Assembly (NCBI GenBank): GCA_049999805.1
Contig: JBNGIO010005951.1
Coordinates: forward strand, 132,700 to 196,699
Direction of reading: 5' to 3'
DNA length: 64,000 nucleotides
DNA from: Folioceros fuciformis
Lineage: Eukaryota
The position numbers were made by a program, and so were the translations under genes. The notes under the pieces were generated by a model, which saw nothing but the letters and a program-made list of their open reading frames with translations, had not been told where the DNA came from and did not search any database. Shown in pieces: positions 49,940 through 62,226 of the stretch. The first letter of the stretch is position 1; the number at the start of each line of letters is the position of its first letter.

Positions 49940-52052
49940 GACCTCAAGCGTCTGGAGTTTTGCTGTGATTCACTGGAGGTTGCCCTCGTCTTGCATCAGC
50001 AACACTTTGGTTTCCAGCGTATCTTCCGTGGCGTCCTTCACCCCCTCCCCGTGCAAGCCAGAGTCCTTGATACCACCGTTGGGCTGGCTGTCGACTCTTA
50101 CGCTTGGAGAATTGTTAAGGCGCACACCTCCCACCTGCACAGAGGGAGGGGTGCAAGTTATGGGCAATCCCTCGAGGAAGGGACCGGAAGGAAGTGAAGA
50201 TTGAGCCGTTTGTAGTGTACCTCTAGGTGTTCGAAAGCGAGGAAGGCTTTGTTGATGTCCGATGGGAACAATCCAGCTTGGAGGCCGTAGTGGGTGTCGT
50301 TGGCTTGAGCGATGGCATCTTTGAAGGCCTTGTAGGAGTTGAGGAGAAGGATGGGGCCGAATATTTCTTCCAGCCTGGCTTCTACTTGCAGAGGGACGTT
50401 CTCCAGCACAGTTGGCTCCATGATGGCCCCTTTGAGCTTGCCGCCCACCAGAAGCTTGCCGCCCTTTCTACTGCTTGTTGGATTTGGTGTTCTACCTGAG
50501 CAGCTGACTCCGAGATTATGGGACCGATGAACGTGTCGTCCTCAAAGGGGTTGTTGCTTTGAGCGTCGTCACGGCATCCACAAGGATTTTCTTCACCTGC
50601 AAAACTACACCGTCGTTCTTTGCAGTTCAATGCGCGTCTCAGTCCAATCGGAGGCAGGACTCAAGTGTGTAAGATGGTCCGACCGTGCTATAGTGGTCAT
50701 TTCGGATGTTGAGGCGTTGCACGTGGATGCAGGATTGGCCACTTTGGTAGAAGCCCCTCCTTTACCAGTCTGGCAACGGTGCCGTCAATGTCTGGAACCA
50801 GGTCCTCGACGAATGCATGGTGCATTGCCCCCTAGCTCCATGAAAACCTGCTCATGATCTTGCCAAGCCATGTAAGGATGGGAAGGGAAGGGAAGGGGAT
50901 CAAGGAACTAAGAGGTAACCATCGGAATTATCTTCCTTCTTCCCTGCTCAAGCCTTCATGCTCCATCCCGCCGTCCCAGATCCAGTGAGTATCAGTAGCT
51001 TAAGGCGGTCAGCTGTCCTGAAGACTTCTGCTTCCTCTCGTGGACATGGCAGAATGGTTCTAGAAGGCTCTCTTCGGGAGTCTCTCACACTGACTCAGAA
51101 TGTCCCTCAGCACGTTACAGACAGGGGAGTTCGGTTGCTGGGCTTGAGCACGAAGGGGCAGCCCACAGATATGGCTGGAGTCATTTTATGCGCAACTAGA
51201 TTCAGAGGGAAGTTCCAGGGTCTCACCATCGAGCCTGGCCCGATGGGAAATCTTCGGACGATGCCCTGTGTGGATACATATCACACAGCTGATTCCCTAC
51301 CAATCTTTCGTGCTACACTACCTATGGGAGGTGGCACACCGGCAAACGCTTGTTGCGAAGAGAGATGTCCAAAGGTAAATGTTCCACATAAATCCATGTT
51401 GATTCCTCAGCTGCAATCTGTCAGACAGAGCTAACCATGTCTAAGGACAAGCACACCAACGAAGTGATGCACCAACGGCCGATCACACACAAGTCATACC
51501 TGGGAGGTGTCGAAGGACCTTTGAACCTTCCCCCTGGCATCTTTAACGGGTTTCTCAGATCCCAGGTGATGAGATATGCAAACTCCTCTGCCCTCGCCCT
51601 TAAGGCAATAGCCACCTGAAACAATACCAACAACCCATCATGATGTCCAAGCTCCAGTGGGTAGGTAGACTCCTTCACTGCCAATCCATACCTTTTCAAG
51701 AATTGCCTTCCTCTCTTGGGACGGCAGATTAGCCATGGCAGAGGCAGCCTGCACTGCTGCTTGGATTGCAAACACAATGTATCTGGGCTAGCCAGAACCA
51801 CCTTCGGCTCGGCCATTGTGCACACAGGCATTAGTGTAACATCACCAGCGCATCCCCACCTTCTGTGCACCAAGGTAGTTCGTCCATCACATTGAGTCCC
51901 TGTTCATACTTACCAACGGCTCTTCTATACTTGCTTGTGACATCCGAGGAGCGTCTGCTTTCATGTTTCTCGTTTTCCACAAATATTTTCATGTTTCTCG
52001 TTTTCCACAAATATGGGGTAGTCGCCCCCGATGTCGAAGATGAAGGAGGCAA
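49940..52052 (-). pseudogene. Aldehyde dehydrogenase family 21 (ALDH21-like) pseudogene
   Basis: Fragments DVTSKY, IVRRFPIGPGSMVRPWNFPLNLVAHK, MELGGNAPCI, EIFGP, ANDTHYGLQAGLF, SVRVDSQPNGGIKDSGLHGEGVK lie in shifting frames. A 28-bp duplication at about 51960-52014 frameshifts the N-terminus. Confidence 0.88.
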
Positions 52053-52092
52053 AAGAAGGAGCTACCACAACATATGTCCGATAACTCCGGCC

Positions 52093-52197
52093 AAACCCTA
52101 AACCCTAAGGCAAGCCTATAGGCAAGGAAACCCTAAACCCTAAGGCAAGCCTATAGGCAAGGAAACCCTAAACCCTAAGGCAAGCCTACAGGCAAGG
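52093..52197 (+). repeat. 3 x 35 bp tandem repeat, each with two telomere/telo-box motifs
   Basis: 'aaaccctaaaccctaaggcaagcctataggcaagg' starts at 52093, 52128 and 52163. Confidence 0.95.
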
Positions 52198-52399
52198 TAC
52201 ATGGGTCAAAGATAGACTTTTTGGCAGGGCCACTAAAACAAGACGGGAGCATGCTCAAAAAGTGGATTTGAAACTCCACTTGCGGTAATGAACCCTATTG
52301 TGATCGACTATTATGATTGTCACGACACTCATAATATCCTATCCATTGTATCACAATCATTCGAATGATGAGGCAAGTGTGAGGATGAGGTAATATTTG

Positions 52400-53400
52400 A
52401 ATTCAGGTTCTTTTACCATAAGGATGCAAATAGCCTTTTGAAGGACTAGGGGTGCAAACAGCCTTTCATAGGTCTATGATGCTTCAATTTGAAACAACAG
52501 TGTAATCTCCTTCATTCCACTTTTAGCACCAATAAGTACAAGTAGTGGAACTTGTACACCTTGTTGGTCTTTGATACTTACTATAGTATAGTCCTTGTTG
52601 CTTAAATTATCATATGAACAATGGCAAACTAGAGGATATGTAGGCATAGTTGTATGTATTTCAAATGCATTTGCATTAACATGGTCCATTGTAGCAGCCC
52701 AGTGCTTCCCTTATGGATGATGTTAGTGCTAAATTAGATGCTCTATAGGCCACATGAGGAGATGTTGTGCAAATCTTGCTATGGTTATGTATGTTAGGAA
52801 CTGTTGGTTGTGTCACCTCTTACTTAAAGGTTAGCCATTGTGGAGAACAAGAGTGGCAATCTTTAGTTGCCTTGGTGACATTATGTATGTTTCTCTTCAT
52901 TGGCACATAGAAGGTGAGGCTAGGAAGATGTTGCAACAATTTTGTGTGGATTATGAAAGAGAAGCTCTTAAGGTCATTAAGTACGTTAAGAATCAATGGG
53001 ATGGAGTGCTATTTATGTGGCTAAAACATTCTAGGACCATGCCACATGTAGGCCAAGACTGCAGTTCTTCAATTGAAGCTTGGTTTGGCTTTCTTAAAAG
53101 TCCATGTTTAGCCATGATTTCATGTGTTTACGAAGTGGGTGTATGAATTCATGGTGGACACATGGATTGGTTGCTACACCCATTGAAATCATTCATATGA
53201 TGTCCATGTATAGGGGAAACTAGACAAAAATATATATGAACAAACGAACACTCAAGGCAAAGATAGTGGACAAATTAAGGGCGTAGGCTAAATGCCCCCA
53301 TCTAAAGTTCTACACAAAGCATTATCTTATTAAAAAGCTTGCAATATGTATAGGCAACAACGACATCCAAGCATGTGCTTCGGGACCACTTGTAGTGATT
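52400..53400 (+). mobile_element. Decayed Mutator-like (MULE) transposase
   Basis: STFSTNKYK*WNLYTLLVFD (DSTF.TN..YPL.TL.VFD-type motif), MDDVSA, IKYVKNQWDGVLFMWLKHSRTMPHVGQDCSSSIEAWFGFLK (YF..QW...W...R...TN..IE..H..LK). Stops and frameshifts present. Confidence 0.8.
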
Positions 53401-54733
53401 GTTAGCAAAGACTTGAAGCAGAGCATCGGCAATTGGACAAGGCTGGAAGGCATGCATTGTGGGTGCATCTCTCTTGCGTTTTCTCAGGTTGGGCCCAAGC
53501 CAACCTTCCACCCACTTCACATAAAGAAGATTTCTCGTCATTGGCTACTTCATTCATTTCGTAGCTACTTTGCATTGGGTATGGCCGCTGCTTTGACATA
53601 ATCATCATGGTTGGTTGGTGCTACTGCTTACCAACCCTCTAGTCTACTTACCAATATGTGGAAGACCACATGTGCAATAGCCCTACCCCGGACGGATTGT
53701 TGGTTTGAATGATTTTTTTTTGTTTGGGTGTGTGTTTTGAGTGATAAAGTGTTTAGGTATTGCCAGACAAGGCTTTTTATACTAAAAACGTCCTTGGACT
53801 ATGGTAGCACCACTCCTTGGCTTTTGTTTTCTTCCTTTTGCAAATAACTAGTCCTTAGCCCTTTGAACTGTGAATGTCCGGTCCAGAAGGTCCTTGGACC
53901 TTAGGATTTTTAGAATAGAAATTGTCCATGGGTCCTTCATTCAGGAATAGTTGTGCAGAGTAGCAGGGGTGGCCCATTCCACAACAGTAGTTGAATATGG
54001 AAAGTACAGACATAGGCCAGGTGGAAATAACAACCCTAGTTGTGGAGTATGGACGAACAGTGAGCAGAGGACCACTATTGGAGACGGAGTGCAACTGGAG
54101 GAAGACCACCATCTAGCATCGTGATCTTGTGTGATGCTAAGGCAAGTGGAGATTTGGCAATTGGGTGTGACCATTGTGGCAGTTGGGAGGAGTAGCGTGC
54201 ACTTTCATGCTAGAGAAGTTCAAGAAGCTGGTGGAGGTGTATAAGCGGGCAAGGGATGAGGCTAAGGCCGGGGTCAAGAGAGAAACATGTAGTCCAAGAG
54301 GGGCAGAGGATCAGTCGTCGCAGTGGTTGAAACAACCATCGTTGTGGAACCAGATACCGGGGTGGTGGAGTCGGCCTCGGTTGCTGAAGGAAGAACCGCA
54401 GTGGCAAAATTAGGCACCATGGTGGAAGGAGGATCGGAAGTGGTGGAACTAGCCGCCGGCGAAAGCACGGTAGAGGCGGGTACAACTTCCTTGGAATTCA
54501 GGAGGCAGCCATCTTAGGACTGTCAATAGGGGAGAGGGTAAGGACCTCTTTAGCAAAAGGGTGTATGGTGCTGTGGCGTGGGGATGAAGGTGGTCGAGAG
54601 CTTTGTGACCCAACTCCGTGACTCGTGTGGCTAGTGGAAGGGGTGCCCTGCATCTAGGAGGAAAAGAAATTTCTGTAGAAGGTCATGGTGGGAACGCAAG
54701 TTTCACAAAACCGCTGGAAAGCCGAGAGGGAGT

Positions 54734-55130
54734 GCGAGTTTCGCGAAACTCTTGTGAAGCCGTCTAGCTGTGATTTTTCCCTTCCTCACTCCATTGCTAT
54801 CTGGATCGTGTTTCATCTCTAGAGGGGTCTGTGTGGCCCGAGGAGAGGCCCGTGTGGCCTCTGAGGGGATTGTGTGTCCCAAGGAGGGGTCTGTGTGGCC
54901 CAAGGAGAGGCTTGTGTGGCCTGTGAGGGGACTGTGTGTCCCAAGGAGGGGAACGCGAGTTTTGCGAAACCCCTAAAAAGCTAAGAAGGAGCGAGACTTC
55001 ACGAAACTCTTGTGGAGCCAATCGGCTGTTATTTTCCCCTTTCTCACCCCACTGCCTAACCGGATCGTGTTTTATCTTAAGGAGGGGTCGTGAGCCCGTG
55101 AGCGAATTATGTGTCCCAAGGAGGAGGATT
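54734..55130. repeat. Diverged ~257-bp tandem duplication with internal ~20-bp subrepeats; probably TE-derived
   Basis: 'gcgag..tc.cgaaactcttgtg.agcc...ggatcgtgttt.atct' occurs at 54734 and 54991; 'tgtgtggccc.aggag.gg' subrepeats lie between. Confidence 0.75.
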
Positions 55131-55798
55131 GAGTGAAGATTTGGTGTTGGTGAAGTGCGAGTGTTTGGAATTGTGAAGTGCTATGGAAGATTGATGACAG
55201 GTTCAGTGGAGAATTAGTGACGAAGTGAAGTGCCATGGCGTGGGTGGCCCTAATATACAGCTACTAGTGAGATTCGGATGTAAAATAACATGAGTATGGC
55301 TTGGTGTGCATAAGAATCAGCCTGCATAGGCCATAGCTCCTTCACAGGCATGGCCAGAAACCCCACGACATCTAAGAGCCCCAACGCTCGTGTATGGCAA
55401 ACAGGTGGGTCTCACCATGGTGATGGAATCCCCTACCGCAGTGGCTGAATCCACTATCGTGGTGGTAGAAGTCACTATGGTGATGAACTTAGGCACGGTT
55501 CCACAAAAATGAATAAGAGGGTTTATGAAGGATATTTGTCTATTCCAACCTTTTGTAGCAATTCGTGTTTTCTTCTATAACATAATGGCAGCTTACCATT
55601 TTTTTTCCTTTTTAAATGCATATTGAATTGAGGCCTCCAAGTTTAAAATAAGTGGTCTTTTTGGATGCTTCACACAAGTATAAAATGTCTTAAGAAATTT
55701 GGAAAAACTAAGTTTAAGACTTCACCTAAAATATATTTCCCGAGGTCAAAGCTAAAGGCCAAGGACGTTCTATTTTGTGTTTGTGGAAAATAATCGTG

Positions 55799-56902
55799 TT
55801 AAGAAGAAGACTCTTCGTCTTTACATTGATTTTGGAGTCTTGTAACTTGGCATGAGCTCTCTAATTTGTTGACCCTTTCGATGAGGGAATCTCGCACACT
55901 CTTATACTGCAAGTATTCAAACCATTTTTTCATATCATAGTTCCATCTATTCCAATCCTTACATCGATCTTTCAAGTTTCTTTCTTGTGGCATGGTGGCA
56001 TTGTCTAGCTTCATGTGCTTTGTCAGTTGCATCTCATCCTCAAAATATTTGCATCTTTTATTAGCACGATCAAGTCCCTCTTTTAGGAACTCCTTATCTT
56101 GCTCCCTTTTGGATTTGTCTAAACCGAATTGACAAGACAAACGGTCTGCTGCTTTCTGGTTCAACCCAAAAATTTCCCAATGCTTATCAAACATTTGACC
56201 CACCCTTTCTATCACAAGAGCTTCCACTTTTTCATCTTTGTCTGAGGATGCTCCCATGCTCTTATCAAAGTCGTCGCGCCCAATTTTTGAGGGCTCAACA
56301 CAATCTTTGACAAGGTTTATGTTACTTTCAAAATCTTCTTTATCACAATCATCATCCATTCGCTGTAGTTGTTTTGTTTGTGTTTGGTTTTTCTTATCAT
56401 TTCTTTTCAGAATCCGAACATACTCGAAGGCAGCAAAGTGAGCCCAATCAACTTCAACCCCTCGGAGCTCATGAGCAAGAAAAGCTCGTCCGAACTTAAT
56501 GCTAATCTTGCTTTCATTCCAAGCTAAAGGCTTTTCAAAAACCTGTTCATATAGTGCTGCCATTCTTTCTTTCATCCTCTCATTGAAATTGTGATGAACA
56601 TCTAGAGCCAAATACCCTTGGGCTCTGCCAAAATATTTTTCTAGCACATAATCAGGTGTTAGATCACACAATTGTGCCTTTCGATTTAAACGTATACCAT
56701 TGCTATGTAATCCTTTCTCCTCCCAATATTTTTTCTTGCTCTTATCCATTCCTTTCTCCTCTTCCACTTGGGTATGTCGACCCATGTCATGCCATTGAAG
56801 ACCTTGTGCCTGTAAAAAGACCTATGCCCATCAATTTTAAAAAGTAAATTTAAAAAACATTGCATACAAATAACAAGACTTGGAACATACACTCATCTCC
56901 AT
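55799..56902 (-). CDS. Orphan protein, paralog of 43522-44469
   Basis: 328-aa ORF. A likely upstream micro-exon MEMS (56902-56891) joins in frame across a GT-AG intron at 56890-56810. Confidence 0.8.
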
Positions 56903-58005
56903 AGTTGCATGTGCTGAACAATTGAGAGCTATGTTGATCACTTCAAAATCAAGATATTAGCAACATAACTATATATTTTAAAGTACACTTAGTTGAAATC
57001 GTAATGTTGAAAGGCTTAATACTTGAGCAATATGTGGGTTTATATACAGAGATATAAATTACCTTCTAATATAATATATTAGCCCAAATATAGCTTCATG
57101 CTTTACAAGTCCACGTTGCTGTATTTGAATAAGAATAATTTCGATGAATATTACATGCCACACATAGATATTAGAATATGGGTAAATATAATTAATTTTA
57201 AATTCTGCTAACTAGAGTTAGAGTAAGTTTTATGTAGATAGATAGGTAGATAAGGTTTCGAATAATCCAAAACAAGTATGCAAATTTTTATCGAATTTAG
57301 ATTTTAATAAATAGAATTAAAATAAGTTTATTTTGAAAATCCAAGAAATTAAAATTAAAATTAAAGGGAGGGAAGAACCCTTTGATATAGGTCTAAGGTA
57401 AAAGGTATATAGGTATAAGTACGGTGAAATACCCAACTATAGCCGAAGCGCCACACCTGGTGATGGAAAAGAAATGAAGAAAAACCAGAAACGGAAGATA
57501 AAGACGAAGAAAACGAAGGTGCCAGTTCCTGCGTGCTGCAGGCGATCTGTCTTGTGTATGCCTGTCTTCGTTCGTCCCAGCCAAGGTATACGCAAAGTTC
57601 TACTACGGAGTCTAGGGCTGTCATCCTAGGTGATGAGCTACCAAGGGAATCACCAATTTTTCTGGGAATGATCATTCTCTTTGGTTCTGCCGACAACAGA
57701 GCAGAAACAAGAGGAAGTGCATGACAACAGCACCGTCTGAACTCACAACAGGGCCTCTCTTTATTCCAAACCAAGTCCGATTCAACGAAGGTTAGTGTCT
57801 GGAGAAGCTGAGTACTGTCCAGCTTGCTACATATTTTGTCCAGGAGCACACAGGAGCAAAGCACGTTAGTCATCGTCGTGTCTTCGCTGTGAACTGACTG
57901 CTGAGCAAGCTGACACCTCCTTGTGCAGGGAAAGAAGTGGCGTTCCACGATCTAGGTTTTTGCACCTGCAGCAGAGGCACAGCAGAGGCGGGGTCATCCA
58001 GCCAT

Positions 58006-59160
58006 TCAAGTGCTGCTTTGGAGTTCAGACTGGTGAGAGGTCGAGGTCGTTGCATCCGCAGCAGAAGTGGGGTCGTCCAGCCAGTCAAATATTGCTTTGG
58101 ACTCCTGACTGGTGATTTCGTGCTCTCCATACGCCCGGTTTAGTTCCTCTTGTATTTGGAACTCGAACTTCAGTCTTCCTTTGGGAGGTACCGTTGGTAA
58201 CACTTTTCGCTTCGTGGCGACAGCCTGCCAGTGTGAGTAGCGACCATCCAGCCTCAGGAAGTTCTTCCCATTCAAGAGCCCGCTATCCTTCAGTGCACGG
58301 AATAACCTTGATGACATCCTAGCACTCAGACCTGGGATGTTCTCAGCGAAAAATGAGGGAGTTAGAGGCAGGGGGAAACATTTCATCTCCTTCGTCAGCA
58401 CACCAGCTTTGGTCAGGAGGCGAATGGAACTGCTAACTTTTCCAGCCATTTTTGCATCCTTAGGCATGTGCACGAACAGAGTGGGAGGGTAGGTTGGCTT
58501 GATGGGATGGAAATGCTGGAAATTTCCTGCTGAAATCATGATGACTAGAGACCTGAACTGAAGCTCCAATGCAAGGCTTGACACAAAGTAACCTCCCGAC
58601 GAGGCCCCCAGAGCTGTGACAGCAAGATGATCTAATCCTTTCCTGTGAATCCAAGACTGCAATACGTCCTTCACATAATGCTTGTCCCGTTCTTTCCAAC
58701 AAATTCCTTGGCTGGAAATGGCTATGACTGCATAATGCCTGCGTAAAGCCTCCAAAACCAGACGCCGCTCTTCAGGAAAGCCAACACACGTTGTGCAATT
58801 CCTATGCTGGTCCCAAAAGTATGTTGCCTTGCAGCGGCATCCATGTGCAAGGAAAAGTACAGCCTTCGCCTTCTGTGGAATTTGCCACACAAGTTCTGTC
58901 TCACCAACTTCTTCTAGAGTTGGATTGAGTGCAACATAATCACGTGGGCGAGAAAAGGATGAAACAAGGCTTTCTTCGAAGACGTCCCATGACCACATTA
59001 TCAGTGATCCGGCCATAAGGCCAAGCACCAGCAATCCAAGAACCTTCGACCTTATCGTGCAGTGCCTGGAAACTCCTCTGCACTTCTGGAGCATTTGGAT
59101 CTGTAGCCTTTGGAGCAAAATGAGTGTTCCCACCCGAGCTCGGTGCATCGATCCCGACAT
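58006..59160 (-). CDS. Membrane-anchored alpha/beta-hydrolase-fold protein of unknown function
   Basis: Single coding exon. TM segment VLGLLVLGLMAGSLIMW, VLFLAHGC, nucleophile elbow GASSGG, FVHMPKD, C-terminal HE. A splice acceptor near 59185 suggests the start is 59160. Confidence 0.85.
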   Translation of the reverse strand: MSGSMHRARVGTLILLQRLQIQMLQKCRGVSRHCTIRSKVLGLLVLGLMAGSLIMWSWDVFEESLVSSFSRPRDYVALNPTLEEVGETELVWQIPQKAKAVLFLAHGCRCKATYFWDQHRNCTTCVGFPEERRLVLEALRRHYAVIAISSQGICWKERDKHYVKDVLQSWIHRKGLDHLAVTALGASSGGYFVSSLALELQFRSLVIMISAGNFQHFHPIKPTYPPTLFVHMPKDAKMAGKVSSSIRLLTKAGVLTKEMKCFPLPLTPSFFAENIPGLSARMSSRLFRALKDSGLLNGKNFLRLDGRYSHWQAVATKRKVLPTVPPKGRLKFEFQIQEELNRAYGEHEITSQESKAIFDWLDDPTSAADATTSTSHQSELQSST

Positions 59161-60089
59161 GACTACACTGCACCTTGTTTCCACCTGCCGAAATTGAGGA
59201 TAGATCATTCGTCAGAGAATACAATCAGTATCCACGAACCAGGCATCTTCGTATGTGTTTTGCAAGCCTTAGCTCAACCACGAAGGACAACAGGAGACAA
59301 AAACTGATTGACATAAAAAATCCATCAACATGCCTTCTCTACAGCTCAGTCTGCACCCTCTCAGATATGACCTAAAGCTGCCGAGCAGCAAGCCGTAGAG
59401 ATCAAACAGACTGAGCGCAATCTGAGATACAGGAGCCTGAAGCAGCGAGAAATCAAGCTGATCTGCTGCTACACCACGAAGGCGAGGCAAGTACGATTGA
59501 GCTCACGAAAACTTCAACAAGATACATGCGCAAAGTCTTGCATCTGCGACACCCAGAGGAAACAAACATGTTCCCACGTCTTACAGTCTCACCTACGCTG
59601 GCAAACACACAGGATTTCCCGAGACCATGATTCCCGGACACAACTGTCGCTGCCCTCCAGTCCAACGTGATGCGCCAGGACTTTCTCCGAAATAGCGGAT
59701 GATTTCACTGGCAGCTGTCACCAATTCCTGATACCATCCTCCAGATAACGATCCCGCTGCAACTTGGACTCTCCGATGAACTTGCAGGGAAGGATCAGGC
59801 ACCCGGGATGCAATCCGTGGGAGCTGCAGATCTCCAAGGTCCAAAGCAGATTTGGCTTAAACTCTCCTCATGCTGCATCCTAGCCGTGGGCGATACCAAG
59901 GAAGTTCGGGACTAGCCGCCTATAGAGGGGCATTTGCATTGAAAACAGGTAATGCTAGACGGTTTCCAGTTGGGTCCTGGGGCTTACGGTCATTCATTTG
60001 CTGCAGCCAGTGCTTGTCTGGCTTGGGGAGGTGGGCGATCCTGTGGCCGGCCATGCGACCCATTGTCAGCAAGCTGTGACCAGGAAAGG

Positions 60090-62226
60090 ATGGCAGCGAT
60101 GTGCGGCATGTGCAGGGAATGCCATGTTCCTGCAATGTTCATCTCTGTCACAGCAGCTCAAGGATCAGCTGTGTCAGCCGTGTCATTGTGGTCAGGACCC
60201 AGCTCCTGGAATTTGAAACGACGGAATGTTCCTAGCTTTGTCACAGGCAGAAGGAGGTTGGCGGGCTCCGTTTTGTCTGTGAGAATCGTGTCGCTGATGC
60301 AGAAGCTGGAGACCTTTCCGCTTTTTCTCCCGACTGATGTGGAGAAGCTCCAGGAAAGAGCTGCTCGGGATATGGCTGCCAGGATTCAGCAGCTTCCAGT
60401 GCAGGTTTTGTGGCGTCTTCGTTTGGTGCTGGATGCTGCGGCTTGAGGTTATTGCTCCCCTGATTTTGGTCCTGACAGACGAGCCTATCCGCTGATCCAA
60501 TTTTGACAAGTTGCGTGGCACCTTCGGGTGCTCACAAGGACTGGCCACCACTCATGCTGCTGCATGGGTTTGATAGGTGATACTTGCTTCGGCGGTTTTT
60601 GCTGGCCTTATGGTGTGCTTCTGTGTGTCCTTTCCCTCTGGAGATCAGTGTTCAGGGGGATTTTATGTACTGCGAGCAACTAAAGCTGCTGTTTTTTTGT
60701 TGCGTCTTTTGGTAATGACCTCATGGTAGCTCGTGTCTAGAATGGCGGAGGACTTTCCCTCTGCTTGAGAAGGCTGGTCTTCGGCCATGGGCTATTGACA
60801 TCCTTGGCTCGGGATTTTCGAACACAGGCAAGGCCACTGCTCCTTCTTATCTCTAGTTGAGCATGGGAACCTGAAGCCCGGAGAATACTTTCATCCACTA
60901 GCTAGCTAGTGTCTGTGATGGCTGATTAATATGCTGTGTGCAGCTAAGGGGATCTCATCCTTTGGAGTGGTTGCCAAGCGAGAGCACCTCTATGAGGTAC
61001 GTCAATGGATTGGTTGTGTGTGACCCTGTGCAGTTATCATGTCATGTTCTCAGGTGAGATACAAGGTAACAAGTAGGAATCTCTTCATTGTAGTTTTGGA
61101 AGACTCACATTGGAGAGCCTGTCATATTGATCGGGGCAAGCCTTGGTGGTGCAACTGCTTTGGACTTCACATTGGCTCACCCAGATGCCGTAAGCTTTCT
61201 GTTTCTACTGCCCTCATCATGCATACCATACGAAAGGAGCTCTGTGGAATAATTTGTAGTGGACTGGCTGATTTGCTCACCTTCAGGTCCACAAGCTGGT
61301 GCTCATAAATGCTCAAGGATATGCAGAAGGTATTGGAGAAAAAGATGCACTGCCGAAGTACTTGGCGTACATTGGAGTACGTTCTCGTCCTTTGTATCGA
61401 TTCGGAAGCATGATGTGCCTGTAGACCTGTTTCTTCGGTCATAATGTCTTGTCATTCCTTGAATCAGGCAGCAGTTCTCAAGAGTGTGCCATTGAGGGCG
61501 TATGCGAATACTTTGGCATTCGGCAAGATTTCTGCAGAAATCCTCTTCGACTCCATGCGTGTACTGCATACCCCATCCTCTTTGTCTGTCTCCCATCTTG
61601 CTTTGTGGTCAGCCAAGGGTGTAACTCTCCTGATCCAGTGCACATTCATGTTCTTTGAGTTTGCCCAACTTCACAGGTTGGGAGATTGCATTGCCTCATG
61701 CCAGGCTGGGCGGACGCGTTGGTTGACTTCATGCGAAGTGGTGGCTACAATGTTAGTTCGCACGTCCAAGAGGTCTGCTTGACTCTTCCTTTCAGATTGC
61801 AGCAACTCTGCAATCTGCACGAGGTTAGGGTAGCTCGTGTTTGAAACGTTTCATTACGAGTGCATCAAGGGGAAGTTCTTGTTTTTTGGGGGTGTGCACT
61901 CGATGCAGGTGCAAAAGGAGACTCTAATACTATGGGGGGAGAAGGACAAGATTCTTCCTAAAGAGTACCCTGAGGTTCTCATTTTGCTGTGCTGATTTCT
62001 TGTCCAAACCTGCTAGCCTAGCGGTCCCACCCTTGCCTGTTGCTGTTGCTGAAGGCAATTCTGGCTGCCTTTGCAGATGTTTAAGGCAGACCTGCAAAAC
62101 TCTGTTCTGCACTATATTCCGGACGGTGGTCACATACCACATGTGCAAAATCCGGAAGTCGTGTCATCTCTGGTATCAGACTTTGTCAAGAATCCGTTCC
62201 TGGAGAGCCGCCAGATTCACCAGTGA
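60090..62226 (+). CDS. Plastid-targeted alpha/beta-hydrolase, VTE7/At5g39220-like
   Basis: Transit-peptide-like N-terminus, LLHGFDSSCLEWR, GASLGGA, GGYNV, TLILWGEKDKIL, GHIPHV. About 9-10 exons. Confidence 0.9.

Noticed and set aside
57361-57948. 195-aa minus-strand ORF
   Set aside because: Probably the 3' UTR of the hydrolase gene; no motif support.
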